A DNA stretch of 64,000 nt from Marsupella aquatica (Eukaryota > Plantae > Marchantiophyta). Of the stretch, positions 50,031 through 62,000 are shown in pieces; positions within the stretch are counted from its first letter, which is position 1, and each line of letters begins with the position of its first letter. The notes beneath the pieces were generated by a model, which saw only the letters and a program-made list of their open reading frames with translations, ran no database searches and was not told where the DNA came from. The DNA is taken from the NCBI GenBank assembly GCA_973895155.1, contig OZ316892.1, positions 2,793,223 through 2,857,222 on the forward strand, written 5' to 3'. Both the position numbers and the translations under genes were made by a program.

Positions 50031-53000
50031 CCCATCAAGCCTCGAAAGAGTCGATGAATGAATATCTTAGGTGAATTATATATGATCTAATTGTACACTA
50101 CATTGAAGGCTACCCGAGCCTCCAGTTCACAGCGGCAGCCTTTGCAAAAGTAGACAAGCATTCCTGGATCAAACTTGATCTTTGCAATATTTCCCAGGCC
50201 CCTCGTTCTATTTCACTTACACATAGGTGCAAAGTGCATGAATGGCATTTACGATGTAGTGCAATCCCCATGAAAGCACACTCATTAGCCAGTTTCCCAC
50301 CTAGCCCCATTAGCCCGAAACTAATAATGATCTTTACATTCAAGAAGATTTGACAATCAGAAAATAATCCAGTCAACAGTGGCCTCACTGGAAAATATTA
50401 AGAGTATTTAAGATTATGCTTTTTAGCACCACCCCTCACTAATATGACAAGAAAAATAAATTATACACAGAAATTGTGGAGAGGGTGCACTTTGGACATT
50501 AATTGTGTCCAGGCACTTTCTTCAAGCATTCCTGTTCGAACTTGGTTCATGCCTCAAACTTGATAATTGCAATGATTAGGGTATACTATGCATAAGTGCA
50601 CCAATGTATCAGGGCATTCTGTGGGTAAGTGCAAGCTGGTCGTGTGGTCCCCTTATATATACAACACTTTCCTTAGTAAATGCACCAAAAAGAATGCACC
50701 ATTTCCATTCATAAGAGTGCACATGCATTTATCTGTTATTGCAACAGTTATTGACAAATGCACATATTTACAAATAGTGTTTTCATACGCTTATCCAGTT
50801 GAACTGTCTGAAAGGAGATTTCAGGGTACAAAGTCAGATGTATGAGGAACAATTGCCTAAGGGTGGCTTTACAAGATGTTAGTGGCAGTTTTGTCTTCAA
50901 AATGTGATGAGGGCTATCCATTGGGGTGAGATTATTGTTGTATGAGGGCAATACAAAGTGAAAACTGCCACTAACATCTTGTAAAGCCATTGGGGTGAGA
51001 TTATTGTTGTTCACTTTACAAAACTCATTGGGGGGCACTTTCTACCTAACCTGTTACCTATCGTATATGGAATGGAGTGGGGCCCAAGTTTTGCAAACGT
51101 GTATCTCATTTTGTCTCAGAGTTTAGCCCGCCTATTTGGAGGTCTCTTCTTCTAGTCCCTTCGCCCATTTTTAATTTGACTCATTTGTATTAAATGTGGA
51201 CTCACAAGTCCTTCATAAGATCTTCTCTTCTCCAGTAGTGGGTTCCCAATTTGTCTTTTAGCAATTTATTCTAGCATCAGCTGCACCCTTGGCTGGGGCC
51301 ATAAAAAGATTCCAAAAATGCTTTTAGGCTGGTGGCCTTCGAATTTGGTTTGTTGTAAAAAGCTCACAAGCGCCCTAAAGTCTTGTAAAGCATAAAAGCA
51401 TGTAAAAGCCATCCTTAGCAATTCTATATACAGGAATGCATACATGATATGGCATATATTTATGACATAGTACATTATGTGAATAAATGCAGTCTCGGGT
51501 GTCTTCCTGGGAGCCTCCAGGTCCAGAAAATAGAGTGCATTTTCCAAACCCCTCGTCTGCTTCACTGACTAAATATATGGATAATTCCAAATATTGCAGT
51601 CTCCATGTAAACACTCCTTGGGACTGTCGTCCGCAGGAGTTGCACTTATGCCGAGGTCACTGTATATTTATGAGGCCTTGAACGCTAAACTCATCACCAA
51701 GCTGCCGAGTCGCTTGGAACTGCGTACTGCGTACAGAACCCGGCCGCGATTGCCTTTCTCGGGCGTCGGGAGTCGGGACGCTCCGTGGTACGTGGTTCCC
51801 TCCCGAGAGTTTGGCGGCCCGAGTGCCCGACCCCAAAGTCCCAAACCGCACCGCCGGTTTCAGCCCGCAAACATTCTGCGGTTACTCCCCGAGTCTCGAC
51901 TTCCCGAGTCGATTGACTTCGTTCTCGTCGGCAGTCGAGACCTTACTACGTCGGGAATCGTGAACGTCATCCGTTTCGCTCCCGGAGTCCAAAAGCCGGC
52001 CGCTGACGCAACTGGCTGCAGACTCATGTCGAGTCCCGTCCAGGGCACTCGCCGCTAGTTTGCCTGTCCGGGATTCCCGTACTGCTTCTGAACCTCCCAT
52101 AGTCCCATCGAACTGTGGAAGGTCGAGAGTCGAGACTTGTGGACGGTGGACTGTTTTGAGGCCCAAAGGCCGCCAATGGTGAGAGGGGCCCCCAAAGACG
52201 TTGATGGCAGCGGTCCGGGTCCAACTTCCCACGACTGTACAGTCTACCGGATCACCGCTGTACTCCATGTCACAGTGTATCCGATCGTTTACAGTCCTGT
52301 AATTATTGGGGGCTCCACTCTTACAGTGATTGTTGTAGGACCTCGTACACGAAGTGCCAAGTATACTAGTACACTAGTACAGTGTCCTATCAGTTACACG
52401 TATGACTCATATTGACGAAACCACTACTTAGTGTCCGAGAGCATAGTAAACTGCACAGAAGTACAGTAATCTGAATGCTACTGAAACAATCGGTAGATCG
52501 ACAGATAGGAAGTCAAAGGAAAATATTGATCAGCTCAGGCTAAACCCAATAACTCTCCAGTTGCAACGGTCATTGTTTCTTAATATGATGCCTATGGAGG
52601 TTCATAGTGTGTTACTTTCTTCCAACATATTTGACCTTCCCTGCCTGCAAGCCTGTTGCTTGTTCAAACGCAGTTCCCCCTCATTTGAAAACAAAAATAC
52701 TAAAAAATAAGTTGGAAATTCCCTCTTGCCAGGTTATCGCCATTGTATTCATTTGTACATGGACTATTTTGGTAATCATGGTGGCATGGATCATTTACAC
52801 AAGGCTGTACAAGTTTGCTTGAAGAAACTACTGGGACTACAGTTCACTAACAAGACCAGAGTTAGTCTAAGTACTGTGTGAGCAGAATGTTTAGTTTTTT
52901 TTAAAGGAGACATCTGTGAAACCTCATAGAAAGGGAAGAGTCAATCATAATAGTTGAACCCAAGATCTATAAATCTCTACTCATGTGAGTTACCACAAAG

Positions 53001-54336
53001 TCATGTCTCTTTGTGTGTTGTGTGAGCAGAATGTGTATAGTAACACCCTTCTAATAGGGCCATAATGAGCCAGAAAAGGAGGGATTTAGTTGGAGTTTTA
53101 AGGGGGCTATTATTGTCTGAATGCACTCTTTATAAGTTGTTAATAAACTCAAGTAGGCATCGTTGAGTGTTAGTTCAAATATTGTAATTAGTTTCTGTTG
53201 CCTCCCTTTCCAAGGAGTTTCACAGATTTTCCCTTCTTTAAAAAAAAAAAACCATGGTGTTAATGAAAACAAAAGTCTATGAGATTTCCTATTATAGAAG
53301 TAGGCCAGAAGTTTCACAATGCCTTATCCAAATCTGGCCGAACAACTGCGGTTATGACCACAGTTGCTCCCCTTGAACCAAGAAAACGACTCTAAATCCT
53401 AAACTGTGGAGTCCATAAACCACCAAAAGTTAGCAACAGAAAAATCAAGGAGGGCAATAAGATGGCTTATTGTTTGGAACTTAAGACATCCTCCGATCCG
53501 ATTTCCTGGGATTCTGATTACCGTATTTCCAACTCCAACTGCTCTTAATACATTTGTACTGTGGTACAGTCGAGAGTACTGCGACGGCTCCCAAGGAGAG
53601 GGCATCAGTCTGACGGTACGTCAGTACGTAGTAGAAGACTTTAAGACTGTGCCAGACTCCATTACTTTCGGCAGTCTGACCAAAGATCACGCCGAGGTAC
53701 AGTCCCTCTTGCGCATGGCCGCATGCGACTTCTCTTCTCTCTCTCTCTGCCAAAGTGTGCCGATTGTGTCCTGAGACCTGACGGGCACACTCGACTGCGT
53801 CTGCGCACGCCGTTCATCCCGTCAGCTCCGTCCGGCTCAGGAGGGACATCGGCTCGGGCACTAACAGACTGAAGGACTGCTCCCGGCCTCTCCATGACCC
53901 GTACCGGTAACCGGTAAAGGTTGCAGTCGACATGGATGTCCGTTACAGTACTGCACCATCCTCAATCACTGCTCCACAGACTGGTGCAGGAGAGACAATA
54001 ACTTAATTAATTGTTATTTCAGGGTTTTTCGCCAGCGTGCCGAATGGCAGAGTGAGAAAGAAAAGATGCTAGGAATAATCTTCAGAACCAATATTAATTC
54101 CTGACCGCCAGATCTTCCTACATCTAAGGGACATCGTTAGATTCTTGGTATGGACTTTATGGCCAGTGGGAAAAAGACAAAAACAAACTGTGAATTTTGG
54201 CCAAAAGTGGTCAACACCTTTCAGAGTGAAGGTCACTTTGGTCCATTCAGCCATCCTTATAGACAATAGAGGAGATCTGAAACTATTTGAAAGGTTTCTG
54301 CACTTTGAGAGAATAGAGACAAGGAGACAGTTTTGA

Positions 54337-55370
54337 GATTTCGTGACTAGATTTGTGTCATAACTTTCTCCAGGAGTTTCGGATTTGGGAGTTCTGGATT
54401 GATTTGAAAAGATCATGGCGAGGCGGTGAAGATCGATATGAATTGCGCCCCAAACTGTCACCGTATGAGCGAGTTACATCAGATTTAATTTTCGCCATTT
54501 TTTCACTTTTTCTGTGCGTTGGGCGATTTCGCGACTCAATTTGGGTTGTAACTTTCTCCGCGATTTTTGGATTTGGGAGTTCTTGATGGCTTTGGAAAGA
54601 TCTTGGTGAGGCGGTGAAGATCGATACGACTTGCGCCCCAAACGGTCACCGTATGAGCGCATTAAGTCGGATTTAAGTTTCGTCGATTTTTCACTTTTTC
54701 TGCGCATTTGGCGATTTGGGCGATTTCGTGACTCAATTTGGGTCGTAACTTTCTCCGGGAGTTTCGGATTTGGGAGTTCTTGACGGCTTTGGAAAGATCT
54801 TGGCGACGCGGTGAAGATCGATACGACTTGCGTCTCAAACGGTCACCGTATGAGCGAGTTACATCGGATTTAAGTTTCGCCATTTTTTCACTTTTTCTGC
54901 GCGTTTGGCGATTTCGCGATTTCGCGACTCAATTTGGGTCGTAACTTTCTCCAGGAGATTCAGATCTGGGAGTTCTTGACGGATTTGGAAAGATCTTGGC
55001 GAGGCGGTGAAGATTGATACGACTTGCGCCCCAAACGGTCACCCTATGAACGAGTTACATCGGATTTAGGTTTTACCGTTTTTTCACTTTTTCTGCGCGT
55101 TTGACCATTTTGGCGATTTCGCGACTCCATTTGGGTCATAACTTTCTCCAGGAGTTTCGGATCTGGGTGTTCTTGACGGCTTTGGAAAGATCTTGGCGAC
55201 GCGGTGAAGATCGATATGAATTGCGCCCCAAACGGTCACCAATTGAGCGAGTTTCATCAGATTTAGGTTTCGCCGTTTTTTCACATTGGCTGCGCGTTTG
55301 GCGATCTTGGCGTTTCCACGACTCGATTTGGGGCAACGTATGAGCGAGTCACATCGGCTTTAGGCCATCG
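54337..55370 (+). repeat. Tandem array of ~188-197-bp units (~5 copies) directly 5' of the CRE ORF
   Basis: The motif GGTGAAGAT(C/T)GATA recurs, with its second GA at 54431, 54619, 54816, 55012 and 55209. Length differences map to a short GCGATTT..-type sub-repeat. Confidence 0.93.
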
Positions 55371-55657
55371 CTTCTCCTCCAATTGGTTGTTGCCTTCGGG
55401 AGCTGTTGCCGCACGCTCAATCTAGAGGGCGGATCTTCACTCGCGTCGACTCCCCAACGGACAGATCGACGGGCGTTTCAGCTTTGTTCCTTACTATTCC
55501 TGCACCTGCTCAACGGTTTCCTAGGCTAGCGGTGGCGCCGTTTCTCGACCTGATGCGGTGGGCTCTCTCCATCGCCTCCCCTTTCTTTTCACATGCCTCG
55601 ATTGGGCCTTTTGTCGCTTCTTGATGCGTTTTTGCTTTTATCGGGTTGCGGCCTGTC

Positions 55658-58600
55658 ATGTCTACGTTGAGAGTGTTGGCGCGGGGCAAGCGCCCAGCCC
55701 CACCCCACACTTCTCCCCCGTCCTCCCCTCCCCCTCGTGGCCGTCTTCGTGTTTGCTCTTCTTCACTGGATCTCTCTCATCTTCGTGATGATCCCATGCC
55801 CGATGCTCTGCCAGTCCCCCCCGTCTACTGCCCACCCCATCGTCGCCCTGGCTCCTCTCCCCACCCCATTCCCCCTCCACCCATTCATCATCCTCCTCCG
55901 GCCTCCTCGTCCACATCTGTTCCACCCCCACCTCCTGTCCAGTCTTTCCCTGCTCCCTCCCCGGACGAGCGTCCCCTGCATACTTGTCCTGACTGTGGAT
56001 GGGTTGGCATCTCCCTCCCTCATCATCGCGGGCGGGGCCGGTGCCATCGTCGCCAGCAAGCACAATCCCAGCCTCAGCCCCCTATTGACCCGGTTAGCTC
56101 TGCCCCTCCCTCCTTGGAGGCTCCCGAGCAGGCATGGAGTTGGGTTCGCACTCTAGACCCCCTTCCAGCCTACCATCCAGGGTACATTAGACCTCGCCTT
56201 TATAACCACATTCCTCTGGCGCTGCGCCCTATAGTTCGGTCCTCCTTGTTGCAACTCATGCAGCTTATCTTGGCGCATCCTATGGAGGTCTCCTATTGGT
56301 CTTTACTGATGCTTTTTCCACAGTGGACTCTTACCCTCCCTAGTCATGGTGGTCGTGTGGGTCACCGTGAGACTGCCTCTCGTATCCATCATTTTTTACG
56401 GGGAGATTGGGAGCAGCTTCAGGAAGAGTACTTTCTTCGCGCCCGGTCTTTTACCGCCCGTGCTTTGTCTGACCCAGCTCGCCACTCTCATCCCCCTGAG
56501 CATAGACGTCTTCGTCGCTCTTGTCGTTTAGCCCAGGCTGGTGAATATCGTCGGGCTGTCCAGGCCCTTTCTCCCACCACACCAGCCCCCCCTGGCGAGG
56601 TCACCTCGTTGGCCCTTCAGGATCTCCATCCGCAGCCCCATGATCAGCTCCCTTTGTTTGTCGAGGATTTTGAGCCTAAGGAGGATCTTCAGTTTAGTAG
56701 GGACCACTTCACCTATGCCTTCCTCCATGCCCCGCGTTGTTCTGCTGGTGGCCCCTCCGACTATGTCTTTGAGCATTTTCGTGATTTATTCCCCCCTGAG
56801 GATCCTCAGTTTGGTTTTCCAGTTTTCTTCTCCTTTTGCCAGTGTATTGCAGCCGGTCGTTTGCCTCCTCCCGTCTCTCGGCTCTTGAGTGCTTCTCGTT
56901 TATTGGCCATGGCTAAGTCTTCGCCGGGTGTTCGGCCAATTGCTATTGGGGAGGTTTTTCTTCGTCTTGTGTCTCGCACACTTTCCTCACAGTTTCGCTC
57001 TGCACTATCGGATCATCTCTCTCCACATCAGTTTGCAGTTGGCATTCCTGGCGGTTGTGAGACGGTTATTGCGGGTATTCGAGCTACATTGGACCTCCAC
57101 CCTGATTGGGTTGTCCTCCAGGTTGATGTCTCTAACGCTTCTAATACGGTCTCTCGGGCAGCCATTTTTCGTGCTTTGAGGGCGGCGGATCCAGACATCC
57201 AGTCCCTGATCCCCTTTGTCCGTTGTTTTTATGGACTCGAGGCCCCACTCTTCTATAGTCATCACTCCTCTACAGGTGTGTATACCACTCTTTCCTCTGC
57301 AGAAGGTACACGTCAGGGTGACCCTTTGGGTGGGCCTCTTTTTGCCATTGCCCATTTTACAGCTTTACGGGAAGCTGCCATGGCCCACCCCCAGTGTATC
57401 TTCCCCTCCCTTTCAGATGACACCCACATCATTGGTCCTCCTGCCGCGGTTACTTCTGCCCTCGCCACTCTTTCCACCCATTTGATGGGCCTCGGTTTAC
57501 GAGTTCAGCCTGTGAAGAGTCGTGCATGGAGTCCAGCTGGGTTACCCTCTGATCTTGTGCTTCCCCCAGGGTTCTTACGTCCAGCCGATGGTCTTCGGGT
57601 CCTTGGCTCCCCAGTCGGTACCGCCTCCTTTTGCTCATCTTTCATCGTTGACTCTATACAGGCTGCCTTAGCCCATACTCCTATGCTCCCTAAGTTAGCA
57701 GATTCTCAGGCAGCATTTGGGATGTTGTTGAGGTGCATCCACCCTCGTGCGTCTTATCTGGCTAGGACGCATCCCCCTACCGAGGATCTTTGTCTCCACC
57801 TTCGAGCATTTGATGTCTCCATTCGTCAGACCCTGGCCTCTCTTTTAGGTCCGGGTACGTTGCTCTCATCTCCGTGGCTTCATCGACAACTCAGTCTTCC
57901 TATTTCGCAGGGTGGTTTTGGGCTTACTTCCATTGAGAGCCTTGCACCTTTGGCCTTTTTGGGTGCATGGGCGGCCGCCTTCTCGTTGTTGGCCGATCGT
58001 TTTCTTATTGAGGATCGCCCTTTTTTACTTTCATCTCTCATGGAGGTAGAGGAGGGTTCCCTCCCGTTTCAGGTTCATTTGCGCGCAGCGCGGTCCTCAT
58101 TACCAGATCCCGTTCGCGCCGCGTTACCTTCTTTCCAGGAGTTTTTATCCTTGGATCCCGTTCGTCTTCAGGCAGACCTCGCTGGGCGTATGCACACTTT
58201 CACCCTTTCCAGCATCCTCTCCGAGGCACCTGACACGGACCGAGCTCGGATTCTTTCTTCCGGAGGGAAGGGCGCAGGTGGATGGCTTCAGGCCAATCCA
58301 GTCATTCCTCATTTGCGGATGTCTTCAACGGAGTTCTCCACAGCCATGCGTCTTCGTCTGGGGCTGCCCCACCCACTTCTTGCAGGTTTACCTCCTTCTT
58401 GCACTTGTGGGAAGCCTTGTGATGCCACAGGTGTCCATCTTCTTCGGTGCAGTTTGGGAGGTGAAACCATTATTGTTCACGACGCTGTGCAAGATGCGAC
58501 TGCTCAGGTTCTCTCTGGCTCTTTGGTATGCGTGCGGCGGGAGGTGGTACTCGAGTTACCTGGTCCTCCATCACAGCGGTTACGGGTGGATCTTTCCATG

Positions 58601-59053
58601 GTCCGTGAGGGTCAACGTACTTTGGCAGATGTTGTGGTGGCAAACCCATTGCGCCAAGACATCATTGGGACAGCGGCAACTACGGCAGGGGCAGCAGCGT
58701 CACGTGCGGCAACAACGAAGGAGGCCAAATATGCTGCACGAGCTTCATCCGACAGCTTCCTCCCCCTTGCTATGGAGCTATTTGGGCGTCTTCATCCTCA
58801 GTTTGATGGGCTTCTTCGGCAAGCTGCCCGGGATGTTCATGGCCGAATGGGTCCCACCGGACCCCCGCTTTCTATTTTGACCACGCACTTTCGCCAACGC
58901 ATTTCAGTCACCTTACAGCGTGCTCAAGCTCGGGCCATCTATCGTCGATCTCTTACAGTGGGTGCTAGTGTGCCTCCGCAGCGGCTAGCTCCCCTTGAGG
59001 ATGTTCCAATCCCACTTGCCGATCTAGTTTTGACTCTTGATGTGGACCATTAG
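55658..59053 (+). CDS. CRE-clade non-LTR retrotransposon ORF (~1131 aa): zinc finger, reverse transcriptase, CCHC, restriction-like endonuclease
   Basis: N-terminal CPDCG..H finger. CRE-type RT motifs VRPIAIGEVFLRL, QFAVGIPGGCE, QVDVSNA.N, GTRQGDPLGGPLF, SLSDD, LRVLGSPVG, LPISQGGFG. C-terminal CTCGKPCDATGVHLLRC...HDAV and REL endonuclease RVDL...ADVVV...KEAKY...FLPLAMELFG. Confidence 0.9.
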   Translation: MSTLRVLARGKRPAPPHTSPPSSPPPRGRLRVCSSSLDLSHLRDDPMPDALPVPPVYCPPHRRPGSSPHPIPPPPIHHPPPASSSTSVPPPPPVQSFPAPSPDERPLHTCPDCGWVGISLPHHRGRGRCHRRQQAQSQPQPPIDPVSSAPPSLEAPEQAWSWVRTLDPLPAYHPGYIRPRLYNHIPLALRPIVRSSLLQLMQLILAHPMEVSYWSLLMLFPQWTLTLPSHGGRVGHRETASRIHHFLRGDWEQLQEEYFLRARSFTARALSDPARHSHPPEHRRLRRSCRLAQAGEYRRAVQALSPTTPAPPGEVTSLALQDLHPQPHDQLPLFVEDFEPKEDLQFSRDHFTYAFLHAPRCSAGGPSDYVFEHFRDLFPPEDPQFGFPVFFSFCQCIAAGRLPPPVSRLLSASRLLAMAKSSPGVRPIAIGEVFLRLVSRTLSSQFRSALSDHLSPHQFAVGIPGGCETVIAGIRATLDLHPDWVVLQVDVSNASNTVSRAAIFRALRAADPDIQSLIPFVRCFYGLEAPLFYSHHSSTGVYTTLSSAEGTRQGDPLGGPLFAIAHFTALREAAMAHPQCIFPSLSDDTHIIGPPAAVTSALATLSTHLMGLGLRVQPVKSRAWSPAGLPSDLVLPPGFLRPADGLRVLGSPVGTASFCSSFIVDSIQAALAHTPMLPKLADSQAAFGMLLRCIHPRASYLARTHPPTEDLCLHLRAFDVSIRQTLASLLGPGTLLSSPWLHRQLSLPISQGGFGLTSIESLAPLAFLGAWAAAFSLLADRFLIEDRPFLLSSLMEVEEGSLPFQVHLRAARSSLPDPVRAALPSFQEFLSLDPVRLQADLAGRMHTFTLSSILSEAPDTDRARILSSGGKGAGGWLQANPVIPHLRMSSTEFSTAMRLRLGLPHPLLAGLPPSCTCGKPCDATGVHLLRCSLGGETIIVHDAVQDATAQVLSGSLVCVRREVVLELPGPPSQRLRVDLSMVREGQRTLADVVVANPLRQDIIGTAATTAGAAASRAATTKEAKYAARASSDSFLPLAMELFGRLHPQFDGLLRQAARDVHGRMGPTGPPLSILTTHFRQRISVTLQRAQARAIYRRSLTVGASVPPQRLAPLEDVPIPLADLVLTLDVDH

Positions 59054-62000
59054 CTTTTTGCCACAATCGGTAGGAATGATGAGGACCTCGGTCCGCTTGG
59101 GTTAGTTTTAGTCTCTCTCTCTTTCTTGGTTTTTAGGGGTTCCCTATTGTTCATTTCTTACTTTTAGTTCCTCTTTCTTGGTGTTTAGTGGTTCCCTTTT
59201 GCTCACTTCTTTTTCGATTGGTTTTGTCCACTTGGGCCCTCTTTTGTTTGTTCATTTGTACTCTGTTTGGTCCCTTTGTATATAAAAAGTGTGTATATTT
59301 TTTTATTTTCAGAGAGTTGAAATCAAAAGGAAACTTGACACACAAAAACAATGATAAAATACAATGGGATATCAAAATACCATTGTTGCCCAGTGCTTTT
59401 TTATCTACGGTCTTGGACGTGCAATAAATAAATAAATATTAAAAAACGTGGACCAAATTTTTGGCCTCACTGCCAAAATATTTTAGAGTGCTCATAGCCT
59501 CCTGTTGCATGCAAGTAATCGCCTGTGACTCAAGCGCTCGGAGACCTGGAGAATCCAAGGGCTCCCTACCTAGTTTGGGTAGTCCCTATCAAACTAACCA
59601 AACTCTTCTTCCATTACTCATTCCTTAAATACCACTTGGAATCTTGGATGTTATGGATGGAGATTCTTGCATGCCTATGGGGACCTAGAGATGAGGACTT
59701 GTGAACAGCACCTGTGCAGGATGGAAGAAGGAAAGGGCATCAATGAACCTACTCTCATCTGAGAATTAAAGCAGAAAGAAAATCCTGCCATTAGATTCTT
59801 GAGGTGAAATAATGCCTCTAAATCTTGAAACTTTACTTACCCTAGGAAGAGGATGTTAAGTACACCTGAGTTAATTCAATTCTTCACAATATCTGCATCT
59901 GTGTGCTGCGTGTGATCTGCACAAAGTCTCAGCAGAGTCTCAAAACAGATCCACAACAGATCCACAGACAATATAGTCTCACGACAGATAAACAGACAGC
60001 ATGGTCTCACAAAATGTGTAAAGTGAGTTGGTTTATCTTATTCTCATTCCAAAGTATGGAAACTCAAGGGCCATAAGATCACAAGTCAAATCTACTCCAA
60101 CTTAATGCTCCCTCATTTTTCTGGGGCCTGTACATTGGCTGTCCCAGTCCCCCAGTCCCCAATCCTGCTATTTGTTCTGGCCCAATAGACTTTGTGCCAT
60201 CAAGTTTGAGTTTATATACTGGCACCCTTCACTTTTTGCCTACCACAATACCTCTAAGAAAGCTTAAGAAATGGCCGAACATGAACCAAGATTCCATCAA
60301 GTTGGCATAGATTTGGCCATAAGCACTGTCTGACAAGGAGACTACTACACAACAATCTCATAAAATCTCACTGCCATCTCATCTGTGAAGTTGAGGGCAC
60401 TAAATTCAACTATTCTTCAATGCAAGATGGCCTTTACTCATTTTGCATTTAAGCACCAAGTAAGAACCATGTGTACTAAATCTATAGGGGGGTCTAGTTG
60501 GTAACAACATTTTTGTGGGAGGCCTAGTTTCTAACAAAAATTTAGTAGGGGCCTATCACATAAATGTGTTTTGGCAAGGTCCCATCAAACATATACCTCA
60601 ATATAATCACTTAGATTGAAATGTAATCACTTAGATTGAAAACTGTATTATAGTTTTGGTAAACTGCCATCTCAGTTTACCATAGGAGACGATGTATGGC
60701 TTACATGTAGATCTCACCAAGGTCTCCGTTCCAAAAAACCCCTCACTGAAAAATAAAAAATGGTTCGCATATTTAGAAATCTTCAAAACAATAATTTCGG
60801 GTAGGAGGGACCTATAATGGGAAAGGTCTGGTGTGGCCATTTAATAAGGCAAGGCCCCTAGGTGGCAGCTCTGTTTTTCCAATTCAGGAGTTGGCCGTCT
60901 CCCCTAATCTAACACTATAATGGGCAATCCCGCCCATTTGGCCACTTTTGTCTGTCGTCCCGTTATGAATTTGAATATCAGCGGGAATGAAACTAAACCG
61001 TCAGATTAAAGCATCTCTTTTTTCGTATCTATCCGATCATGAAACAAGACATGCATCAGATTTTGCTCCCTTCCGTGCACCCCCGTGCACTCATTATGCC
61101 CCTCCATCCCCACCCGTAGCAAGGACCTCCCCGTAGAGCTTAGCGACCCATGTTTACATTCCATGCACTTTCTCCCTATGTCACTCCCCTATATTCTCCA
61201 CTGTTTACTACACTTGGACTGGTGTTCTCTCTGCCTTTACGTCTAATGACATGTTAGATGGTCCATGCTTGTGCGCGCAAAGGAAGCGCTGCCAACTCAC
61301 CGAGTAAGTTTTAGCATGTCCCAGTGTCCCACCAAGTTGGTAGGTACTTTAGTGTACTTCTTGCAGTTAGATATACTTAATTAACTGGTCTACCCAACTT
61401 CTAGGCGCTACAAGCGTCCATTGATTCAGTTAGAGTCGCCATGTTGACTGCCATCCCACGTATTGCAAAGGACAAACCGAAATGTACTCAAGTGACTGAT
61501 CTGTCCCACGCAAACTCTCCAAGTTGGGCTTCTAGTGGAGGTCTTTGGTTTGGAGGTATTTGTTTAATCTATCCCCAAAATGAAACTTGTTATTTAATAG
61601 GTCCTTTGAGATCTATAACGGTCCAGATCTGAGATTGAAAGGTCCATCAACGATCCAGATTAGAGAAAAATATTGAGGGGTTGATTAAGCAAACTTTTTA
61701 TAGAAATAAATCTACTCAGCATATCTGGATACAATTTAATTACATCAAGTGAGAACCAAAAGTATCCCACTAAAGTGCGTTAGTGGCAACCCGGTTCCTG
61801 CTGGTTTGCGCAAAATATCTATCCCCCTTGTTTTATCAAGTCATGTAACACGAAAATGATGATGTCATGGACCATAACGCTCGTCTTTGAGGTCCCTATG
61901 GATCACATTTGCCAAAATTTAAGTTTAATTTTAAGAATTTAATGTTCATCAATTTAAATATTTTTTTGTTTTGAGTATGTGTTAGAGTGTAGGTAAGCTA

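Larger units (their letters stand above)
54337..59290 (+). mobile_element. Apparently full-length CRE-clade non-LTR retrotransposon (repeat-containing 5' UTR, single ORF, T-rich 3' UTR)
   Basis: Repeat array, then ~290 bp unique leader, then an uninterrupted ORF, then a T-rich 3' UTR ending TGTATATAAAAA (~59288). No TSD was recognised, so the ends are approximate. Confidence 0.78.

Noticed and set aside
51594-52415. 154-aa and 128-aa overlapping ORFs
   Set aside because: Expected by chance in GC-rich DNA, with no recognisable domain or splice-consistent gene model.
54337-55370. Regular repeat array next to a nuclease/RT gene, suggesting a CRISPR-like system
   Set aside because: The units are contiguous tandem copies with no unique spacers, there are no cas genes, and the context is eukaryotic.
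55662-58880. Alternative-frame and antisense ORFs within the CRE ORF
   Set aside because: Shadows of a GC-rich long ORF with no independent motifs.
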